Part shown: positions 32,222-39,148 of the stretch, one piece after another
How the letters are laid out: each line of letters opens with the position of its first letter
How positions within the stretch are numbered: the stretch's first letter is position 1
Assembly (NCBI GenBank): GCA_041678645.1
Contig: JBAYNT010000002.1
Coordinates: 1-39,148 of the forward strand
Reading direction: 5' to 3'
DNA length: 39,148 bases
Source: Candidatus Dojkabacteria bacterium
GTDB taxonomy: Bacteria; Patescibacteriota; Dojkabacteria; SC72
Made by a program: the position numbers and the translations under genes
Notes under the pieces: model-generated
What the model was told of the DNA's origin: nothing
What the model saw: only the letters and a program-made list of their open reading frames with translations
Databases searched by the model: none

Positions 32222-32782
32222 ATGCCATTAACAGATCAGCCAACAAGAGGTATGTATATTATAGAAGACGGAAGAGTGTTCCATATTATTGACAGGAAAC
32301 TAAAAACTCAGGGGCGCCAAGGGGGCCTTATAATTATGAAAATAAAAGCCCTTGATAGTGGACAGCTACTAGAGAAAACTATTAAGGCTGGTGTTAAAGT
32401 GGAATATATAGAGCCAGAAACAATAGAAGTCCAGTATCTATACTCCGATGAAAACAGTTGTTATTTTATGGATAGTAAAACTTACGAATCCATTACAATT
32501 AATAGGGATATTTTTGGCAACTATGTGAACTTTCTTAAAGAAGGGGAGAAGTGCTTGATAATGAGGCATGAGGGTAAAGCGATTAACTTTAAAGGTAGTC
32601 CCACAGTTGATCTTAAGGTGATAGAATCCACTCCTGCCGTTAGGGGCAATACTGCCAACTCAGCTAGTAAATTGGTTACTGTTGAGACAGGGTATAGAGT
32701 GAATGTTCCTCTCTTTATTAAGAAAGGTGATCTAATTAAAGTTAGTACTGAAACAGGGGAGTATTCAGGAAAGGCTAGTTAA
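32222..32782 (+). CDS. efp: Translation elongation factor P
   Basis: GMYIIEDGRVFHIIDRKLKTQGRQGGLIIMKIKALDSG...VQYLYSD...YFMD..TYE...VETGYRVNVPLFIKKGDLIKVSTETGEY. The ORF track starts at 32213. The ATG at 32222 has better spacing to the SD aagga (32209-32213). Confidence 0.92.
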   Translation: MPLTDQPTRGMYIIEDGRVFHIIDRKLKTQGRQGGLIIMKIKALDSGQLLEKTIKAGVKVEYIEPETIEVQYLYSDENSCYFMDSKTYESITINRDIFGNYVNFLKEGEKCLIMRHEGKAINFKGSPTVDLKVIESTPAVRGNTANSASKLVTVETGYRVNVPLFIKKGDLIKVSTETGEYSGKAS

Positions 32783-32801
32783 TGCATGCGATAGGATCTT
32801 T

Positions 32802-32810
32802 TGGTATAAT
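32802..32810 (+). promoter_or_regulatory. Extended -10 element TGGTATAAT, 11 nt upstream of the tRNA (CAU)
   Basis: Exact TGnTATAAT. The tRNA begins at 32822. Confidence 0.45.
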
Positions 32811-32821
32811 GGCTATAACAC

Positions 32822-32895
32822 GGTGAGATAGCTCAGAAGGTTAGAGCATAGGATTCATAAACCTAAGGTCGGCGGTTCGATTCCGCCTCTCACCA
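32822..32895 (+). tRNA. tRNA with CAU anticodon (elongator Met, or Ile2 if lysidinylated); CCA not encoded
   Basis: ggtgaga/tctcacc acceptor, loop ttCATaa, T-loop ttcgatt. The 3' flank is a-ctc, so there is no genomic CCA. Confidence 0.88.
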
Positions 32896-32922
32896 CTCTC
32901 ATATTATTTGAAATTTTATAAA

Positions 32923-34803
32923 ATGGCAGACAAAAAAAACGCAGAAAATGAGAAAAAGGCTAAAAAAATAGATATAAGGGTTGTGAGGAAAAGAAACAAT
33001 ATCCCTAGCATAATAGGAATATTAATAGGCTCCATCATCGTTACTTTCGCTATAAATCTTCTTGTTAATCTTTTCTCATATGCAGGAGAAGAGGTGGGTT
33101 TAAGTGAAATAGTTTCTGACATAGCTACTGAAGAGTATGACAGAATTATAATCAAAGATGATGTTATTACACTAGAATATGCTGCAGAGGATAAGGAAAA
33201 AGAGAAACTGGTTAAAAAGTATGCACTAATTTCTGATAACACAGACTTCTATAGTGTTGCTACTGATGCAGGCATAGATATCAAGGGCCTAAATAACGTT
33301 TATTATGAACCTAAACTTGCAATTACATTTGGTGATGTCCTTACTTTAATAATGATAATAGGTGCTTTTGTGTTAGGCTATTTCTTTATCAACAATATGA
33401 AGAAATCTGGAGGGCAGATATTTGATTTTGGTCAGAGTAAAGCAAGGCTTTTAATGGGAAAGAAAACAGGTATTAGTTTTGATGATGTTGCTGGTATTGA
33501 TGAAGTTAAGGAAGAGTTAGAAGAGATTGTAGATTTCCTAAAATACCCTAAAAAATACTCCATTGCTGGTGCTAGAATACCTAAAGGTGTTCTGTTAACA
33601 GGTGCACCTGGTACTGGTAAAACGCTTTTAGCGAGGGCTGTTGCTGGCGAAGCTAGTGTACCATTCTTTCATTCTTCTGGTTCTGAATTTGAAGAGATGT
33701 TAGTCGGTGCAGGTGCTTCTAGGGTAAGAGATCTTTTTGAAAAGGCTAAGAAGGCTGCCCCATGTATTATCTTTATTGATGAAATTGATGCAGTAGCTAA
33801 AAAGAGGGGTACAGTTTTACACTCTGGTGCTGGCGAGCAGACTTTAAATCAAATTCTTGTAGAGATGGATGGTCTAGAGGCAAGGAACAACGTCATTATA
33901 CTTGCTGCTACTAATAGGCCAGATGTATTAGACCCCGCAATTCTAAGGCCGGGGAGGTTTGATAGGACTGTCGCTGTCCCGATGCCTGACTTTAAGGGTA
34001 GGAGAGAGATATTGGAGGTGCATTCTAAGAATAAAAAATTTACAGATGAGGTGGATTTAGAGGCGATAGCTAAGAAAACGATAGGGTATTCTGGTGCCGA
34101 TTTAGAGAATCTCTTAAATGAAGCAGCAATTATGGCGGCTATAGATGATCGTAAGGTAATTAGTCAAGAGGATTTGTCTGAGGCATACCTTAAGGTTCGA
34201 CTTGGTAGAAAAAAAAGAGACCAAGAGAATGATGAAGAAGATGTTAAAACAACAGCTTTCCACGAAGCTGGTCATGCGATAGTATCTCATTTCACTCCTA
34301 AGTCTGATCCTGTAGAGCAGGTTTCAATAATATCCAGAGGTATGTCTGGTGGGGTTACAGTGTATCTCCCAGAGAAGGATACGAAGCATATGTACAAAGA
34401 TCAGATGTTGGCTAGAATGAGGAGCGGTGTGGCTGGTAGGGCCTCAGAGGAGGTGTTTCTAGGTAGGATTTCTACTGGTGCTAGTTCTGATATTGAGCAT
34501 GTTACAGAGATGGCTAGGGAGATGATTACTCAGTATGGGATGTCTGATAATCTAGGTATGGTTAAATATGGGGATGAGGAGCAAACAAAACATTTGGGCT
34601 ATAACTATGGAGGTGGCAGAGCATATAGCGAAGAGTACGCTAAAAGAATAGATGACGAGGTTAAGAGCTTGCTGGATGAGGCATATAGTGATGCTAAGAA
34701 GGTATTGAAAGAGCATGAGGAGGAAGTTAAGAAGCTTGTCAAAATATTGATAGAGAAAGAAGTTGTTAGTGGAGATGAATTTGAAGAGATTTTCGAGAAG
34801 TAG
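32923..34803 (+). CDS. ftsH: ATP-dependent zinc metalloprotease FtsH
   Basis: Two TMs, AAA+ Walker [12 protein letters not shown], Walker [13 protein letters not shown] region, and zinc motif HEAGHAI. The ATG at 32923 is preferred over the TTG at 32908. Confidence 0.96.
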   Translation: MADKKNAENEKKAKKIDIRVVRKRNNIPSIIGILIGSIIVTFAINLLVNLFSYAGEEVGLSEIVSDIATEEYDRIIIKDDVITLEYAAEDKEKEKLVKKYALISDNTDFYSVATDAGIDIKGLNNVYYEPKLAITFGDVLTLIMIIGAFVLGYFFINNMKKSGGQIFDFGQSKARLLMGKKTGISFDDVAGIDEVKEELEEIVDFLKYPKKYSIAGARIPKGVLLTGAPGTGKTLLARAVAGEASVPFFHSSGSEFEEMLVGAGASRVRDLFEKAKKAAPCIIFIDEIDAVAKKRGTVLHSGAGEQTLNQILVEMDGLEARNNVIILAATNRPDVLDPAILRPGRFDRTVAVPMPDFKGRREILEVHSKNKKFTDEVDLEAIAKKTIGYSGADLENLLNEAAIMAAIDDRKVISQEDLSEAYLKVRLGRKKRDQENDEEDVKTTAFHEAGHAIVSHFTPKSDPVEQVSIISRGMSGGVTVYLPEKDTKHMYKDQMLARMRSGVAGRASEEVFLGRISTGASSDIEHVTEMAREMITQYGMSDNLGMVKYGDEEQTKHLGYNYGGGRAYSEEYAKRIDDEVKSLLDEAYSDAKKVLKEHEEEVKKLVKILIEKEVVSGDEFEEIFEK

Positions 34804-34824
34804 ATTCTCTAGTATAATCTATAT

Positions 34825-37503
34825 ATGACACTACCGACTTCTAAAGAGAAGAAAATATTCTTAGCCATAGATGCTAACGCAATAATACACAGGGCATTCC
34901 ATGCATATCCACCGACCCTTCAGACAGAAGACGGCTTACAAGTAAATGCGGTATATGGATTTGCTACTATGCTCCTTAGTGCATTAAAAACATTCCACCC
35001 AGAATATGTAATGTGTGCAATGGATACTGCACAACCAACATTCCGACACGAAATGTATCCAGACTATAAAGGGACTAGGGCTCCAACAGACCAATCATTA
35101 ATAGATCAAATGCCCATGGTAGAAGAGCTACTAAACTCATTCAGTATTCCTGTTATAAAGAAACCAGGCTATGAAGCAGATGATATCCTAGGCACCCTCT
35201 CTAAATACATCTCTACGGGCAAGTGGCAAGATGAAGGCATGGATATGTATATTTTAAGTGGTGACAAAGACCTCCTTCAGCTCGTACAGGAGGATGTATA
35301 TGTCTGTCTGCCTAATGGTAGTTTCAAAAACATTGTTGTGTATGACAGTCAAAAAGTAAAAGAGAAATATGGATATCTGCCTGGCCAAGTAGTAGATTAC
35401 AAAGCTATAGTGGGGGACAGTTCTGACAACATACCAGGGATTAAAGGGATAGGTGATAAGACAGCTACGATTCTCTTAGAGAAATATGAGACCCTAGATG
35501 AGGTATATAAGCACGTGGATGATCTGTCTACACGACATAAGAATCTCTTTACAGAGAGCATAGAGCAAGCAGAATTCAGTAGAAAACTCGCACAAATAGA
35601 TACAGAAATGAACTTAGATATACACTTAGCAGATTGTCAGTTGGTGGATTTCGACAGGAATAAGTTAACCTATACTTTCAAAAGATACAATTTCAAATCA
35701 CTGCTTCCTAAGTTAGATGAGCTTTTCGGTAAAACTAAGTTAGATATTAATCGTAATAGTTCTCAATTAGGAATTTTCACTTCAAATGAAGAGAAAGAGT
35801 ATAGTTGGAGTGAGTTTGTTGATATAAAGGAAGAGCTTAAAGGATTCAGTAGAATATATATAGCATATATTTCTGAAGGAGAAGCTTTCGATTCAGTGCC
35901 CTTTGTAATAGTTGGAGCAGGGGATAAAAATTATCTTCTTAAGGAGTACGCATGGATTAAGGAGGTTAATTCGGACATTATTTTCTACAATTGGGAAGAA
36001 TTTGTTTCGGGCATCGGCCTTTATAAATTTGATAATTCTAAAGTATTTGATATCTCTCTATTTGAACATTTGTTAAAGTCGGAAAGAAGGGGTTTTAAGC
36101 TAAAAGATCTCTCATTTGACTACAGCGATTATGTGTTAGGTGAGAAGATACCCCCCTATGATTATCTCAAAGTAATAGAGGTAATGAAATTGACATATGA
36201 GAAACAGGTTGAGAGAGCAAATAATTTGGAGCTATACGACTATACTAAAAAGAATATAAAAGGGTATCTAGATGTGAAAAACAACTACCTTATTAATTCC
36301 CTCAAACTAATAGAGCAACCGATTTCTTGTATATTGGCAAAAATGGAGGATAGGGGAATGAAATTGAATAAAGATAGGCTGCTAAAGTTAAAAGGGGAGG
36401 TTGATAAAAGCGTCGAAGAGTTAGAGAAAACGATATATGATTTCGTAGGGCATGAATTCAATATCAATTCACCTAAACAGCTAGCAGGCATTCTTTTTAA
36501 TGAACTACAGCTACCTAAAAGCCGCAAACTGTCAACTAAAGAATCTGTACTTAGCAGTATGAAGGGTATGCATCCAGTAGTGGATGATCTGTTAAGTTAC
36601 AGAGAGGTATCTAAAATTTCTACTACATATGTAGAGCCACTCTTAAGCATAGCTAACGAGTCGGGAGATGGTTCTGTTCATACAGATTTTAAACAAACAG
36701 GAACAAGCTCTGGGAGATTCTCTTCGGTTAACCCTAATATGCAAAATATCCCAATAGTTGGTAAGTGGGCCGATAAGGTAAGAAACTGCTTTGTCGCAAA
36801 AGAAGGGTTTGATCTTATGGCAATAGACTACTCGCAGATGGAACTTAGGATAATGGCAGACATATCTAAGGATAAGACCCTTTCACAAGACTTCTTGGAG
36901 GGAAGGGACGTTCATACTGCTACAGCTTCTAGAATACTTGGTAAAGAACTCGATGAAATAAGCAAAAAGGAGCGTAATTTAGGAAAAACAATCAATTTTG
37001 GGATGATATTTGGACAAACAGGTTACGGTCTATCTAATCTTTTAGGTATAGATGTGGCAGAAAGCACTCGATATATTAATGAGTATTTTCAGATATATTC
37101 AGGAGTAGAAGAGTATATGCGAGAAACTGAGGAGCAGGCTCGAGAAAAAGGCTATGTACAAAGTATGTTTGGTACTACACGCAATGTGGCTGGGCTCAGA
37201 TCTAAAAATAGGAGGATATCCTCTGCCTCCGCTAGGGAAGCTATAAATATGCCTATACAGGGTACAGAAGCAGATATTATGAAATTTGTGATGATTAAAC
37301 TTCAGGATTTAATTGACGAAAAATATAAAGATAAGGCATATATGTTACTACAGATACATGATGAAATTATATTTGAAATAGAAAAATCTGTGGTAGAAGA
37401 TTTTAAAGCAGAGGCAAACGAGATTATGATAAATGCCGTAAAACTTGATGTGCCACTACAGACACACATTACTGTAGGGGATTCTTGGGACAAACTTAAT
37501 TAA
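34825..37503 (+). CDS. polA: DNA polymerase I (5'-3' exonuclease + polymerase; 3'-5' exo motifs not evident)
   Basis: 5' nuclease LAIDANAIIHRAFHA and GDSSDNIPGIKGIGDKTA. Pol motif A IDYSQMELRIMA, motif B LGKTINFGMIFGQTGYGL, motif C LQIHDEIIFE. I could not find a DxE ExoI motif in the middle domain. Confidence 0.96.
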   Translation: MTLPTSKEKKIFLAIDANAIIHRAFHAYPPTLQTEDGLQVNAVYGFATMLLSALKTFHPEYVMCAMDTAQPTFRHEMYPDYKGTRAPTDQSLIDQMPMVEELLNSFSIPVIKKPGYEADDILGTLSKYISTGKWQDEGMDMYILSGDKDLLQLVQEDVYVCLPNGSFKNIVVYDSQKVKEKYGYLPGQVVDYKAIVGDSSDNIPGIKGIGDKTATILLEKYETLDEVYKHVDDLSTRHKNLFTESIEQAEFSRKLAQIDTEMNLDIHLADCQLVDFDRNKLTYTFKRYNFKSLLPKLDELFGKTKLDINRNSSQLGIFTSNEEKEYSWSEFVDIKEELKGFSRIYIAYISEGEAFDSVPFVIVGAGDKNYLLKEYAWIKEVNSDIIFYNWEEFVSGIGLYKFDNSKVFDISLFEHLLKSERRGFKLKDLSFDYSDYVLGEKIPPYDYLKVIEVMKLTYEKQVERANNLELYDYTKKNIKGYLDVKNNYLINSLKLIEQPISCILAKMEDRGMKLNKDRLLKLKGEVDKSVEELEKTIYDFVGHEFNINSPKQLAGILFNELQLPKSRKLSTKESVLSSMKGMHPVVDDLLSYREVSKISTTYVEPLLSIANESGDGSVHTDFKQTGTSSGRFSSVNPNMQNIPIVGKWADKVRNCFVAKEGFDLMAIDYSQMELRIMADISKDKTLSQDFLEGRDVHTATASRILGKELDEISKKERNLGKTINFGMIFGQTGYGLSNLLGIDVAESTRYINEYFQIYSGVEEYMRETEEQAREKGYVQSMFGTTRNVAGLRSKNRRISSASAREAINMPIQGTEADIMKFVMIKLQDLIDEKYKDKAYMLLQIHDEIIFEIEKSVVEDFKAEANEIMINAVKLDVPLQTHITVGDSWDKLN

Positions 37504-37579
37504 TGTCCGAAATTCATATATAATAGAGTAGGGTTCATAAAGGGACTCTATAAGTGGATAAATTTAAATATCATATGTT

Positions 37580-37993
37580 ATGCAAAAAGAGAATTGTAAC
37601 AATAAAAGTTGTTTCCCAAATTTCTTTACTCTTTTAGCCTTCATCCTTGGCTTTGTTTTGTACATAATCATTAAACATGGGAAAAGCAATGAAGGTGGAA
37701 TCTTAACAGGAGAGAAAATCTTAATGTTAAAAGGAGAAGCGCCACTTAAAAAAGTGAACAAAGTAAAAGTTACCGAAAGTAAAACAGAGGGTATAAGGCT
37801 TACAGATAGGCAAGAGAGGATAGTTGAAAGATTGATGCAAAAAGGAAAAATGTTTCCTTCGCAGTTACAAGATTTGCTTCCAGAGGTTTCTGCTAGAACA
37901 GTCAGGCGCGATATGACTAGCTTAGAAAAGCAAGGTTTAGTAAAACAAAAGGGTACAACAAAATCAACTTACTATGTATATATAGGAAGTTAA
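37580..37993 (+). CDS. Membrane-tethered winged-helix (DeoR-type HTH-like) protein
   Basis: N-terminal TM FPNFFTLLAFILGFVLYIII, then LTDRQERIVERLMQKGKMFPSQLQDLLPEVSARTVRRDMTSLEKQGLVKQKG. Its stop lies 1 nt before the ligase ATG. Confidence 0.6.
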   Translation: MQKENCNNKSCFPNFFTLLAFILGFVLYIIIKHGKSNEGGILTGEKILMLKGEAPLKKVNKVKVTESKTEGIRLTDRQERIVERLMQKGKMFPSQLQDLLPEVSARTVRRDMTSLEKQGLVKQKGTTKSTYYVYIGS

Positions 37994-37994
37994 T

Positions 37995-39148
37995 ATGGCA
38001 AAAAGCTTTAAACAACTTTGTAAACTGTTCAATACTATCGAAGGTACCCCTGGAAGGATTGATATGACATCCTTAATGGGGGATTTTTTAAAACAGTGCT
38101 CTATAGGTGAAATACAAATGATTTCATATCTTGTACAAGGTAGGGTTGCGCCTATGTTTGTAAAGAGCGAGTTTAACTATTCTGAGAAGAGTTTAAGTAA
38201 TCTCTTAAACCGGTACTTTGAGAACAAAGCCTTAGATATTAACGTATCTGAGATTAGGCAAGTAACGGGAGATATAGGGGATACAGTATTTCGCTTATCT
38301 GAGAACTTAATAGAAACCGAAAAACGAAGGAGTGTAGAAGATGTTTATGAGCTTCTTTGGAACATAATTAATATTTCGGGTACTGGTTCTGTAGAACGTA
38401 AAAACAATTTAATCATCAACTTTCTTACTACGGCAAGTGCTTTAGAATCTAGATATTTTGTAAGGATAGTGTGTGGGCAATTACGACTTGGCTTACATTC
38501 TAGAACAATGATGGATGTTTTTTCATATATTGTTACAGGGGACAAAGAGCTTAGTGATGAATTTAATAGAGCTTATGGAGTCTGTTCAGATATTGGGTAC
38601 GTAGCTAGTAAACTTGATAGTTTCCAAAGAGGAAAAGTGGAGGAAGAATTAAAGAGTATAACTATCACGCCTGGTTTCCCTGTTCTCTCTAGATTAGTTG
38701 AGAGGGTAGGATCCTTTGAGGAAGCTGTGGAGCGTTTAGGAAATGATTTACTGGTACAGGGTAAGTTTGACGGTTTGAGATTACAGATACATAAATATAG
38801 AAAAGAGGACATAGACAAAAGAAGAGTAATATGGAAAAGATACCTTGCAGATAAGTCTCAAGACTTAAACTTATTCAAAGGTCCCGAGCAAGGAGGTAGC
38901 GTAATTAAACTGTTTACTAGAAACCTCGATGACGTTACAGATATGTTCCCAGAGGTGGTTGATGATGTAAGATCCTTGTCTGTGAATACCGTGATTTTTG
39001 ATTCGGAAGTCCTAGGTTGGGATTATGAGAAAGACACCTTCCTGAGCTATCAAACTACTATGCAACGCAGAAGGAAGTATGGGATTGCCGCAATTAGGAA
39101 AGAGATACCTGTTAAAGCGATGATCTTCGATCTGCTATATTTAGATGG
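37995..39148 (+). CDS. ATP-dependent DNA ligase (Lig1/archaeal-type with N-terminal DNA-binding domain), 3' end beyond the window
   Basis: My own translation is open from the ATG at 37995 (SD aggaag at 37985-37990) to the window end: MAKSFKQLCKLFNTIEGTPGRIDM...RYFVRIVCGQLRLGL.... Adenylation motif I is VQGKFDGLRLQIH. Later motifs are FDSEVLGW and AMIFDLLYLDG. It is absent from the ORF track because there is no stop in the window. Confidence 0.88.
   Translation, partial: MAKSFKQLCKLFNTIEGTPGRIDMTSLMGDFLKQCSIGEIQMISYLVQGRVAPMFVKSEFNYSEKSLSNLLNRYFENKALDINVSEIRQVTGDIGDTVFRLSENLIETEKRRSVEDVYELLWNIINISGTGSVERKNNLIINFLTTASALESRYFVRIVCGQLRLGLHSRTMMDVFSYIVTGDKELSDEFNRAYGVCSDIGYVASKLDSFQRGKVEEELKSITITPGFPVLSRLVERVGSFEEAVERLGNDLLVQGKFDGLRLQIHKYRKEDIDKRRVIWKRYLADKSQDLNLFKGPEQGGSVIKLFTRNLDDVTDMFPEVVDDVRSLSVNTVIFDSEVLGWDYEKDTFLSYQTTMQRRRKYGIAAIRKEIPVKAMIFDLLYLD

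Overview
Visibly AT-rich, gene-dense bacterial chromosome segment spanning the replication origin (rnpA<-rpmH | dnaA -> DnaA-box cluster -> dnaN). From gene content I infer a small-genome, monoderm-type Patescibacteria/CPR-like organism. The evidence is an LPXTG surface protein, a type IV pilin-like protein, TrbC/VirB2-like pilins, an ATP-dependent ligase and many orphan membrane proteins. The standard code applies: TGA ends two ORFs and never interrupts a long one. Housekeeping genes I can support: rnpA (partial), rpmH, dnaA, dnaN, SpoU/TrmH methyltransferase, nfo, a UvrD-type helicase fused to an Fe-S PD-(D/E)XK nuclease, smpB, a Xer-type tyrosine recombinase, ftsB/divIC-like, hpt, efp, ftsH, polA, and an ATP-dependent DNA ligase (partial, absent from the ORF track). 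RNA genes: tRNA-Ser(CGA), tRNA-Ser(GCU), tRNA-Ile(UAU), initiator tRNA-fMet, a second CAU tRNA, and tmRNA. The most interesting part is 19.2-29.8 kb. It holds five tandem paralogous VirB2/TrbC-like two-helix pilins, then a coiled-coil protein with an apparently circularly permuted SpoIID domain. Next come a RelE/RHH toxin-antitoxin pair with a perfect 18-bp palindromic operator and a tight trio (bPH membrane protein, small TM protein, pseudo-PP2C-TM-six-bladed propeller receptor). smpB follows, and the locus ends with a VirD4/TraD-like membrane ATPase. This is a T4SS-like locus with no relaxase, VirB4 or VirB6 in view. Other notable items are a phosphoacceptor-less OmpR-type response regulator overlapping the dnaN 3' end next to oriC, and a minus-strand operon joining an asymmetric heterodimeric ABC exporter, a VWC-like Cys-rich mini-protein and a GLUG-repeat LPXTG adhesin. 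There is also a recurring TGGTAWAAT extended -10 element, and several genes look leaderless. No CRISPR array, rRNA, transposase or reverse transcriptase was seen.
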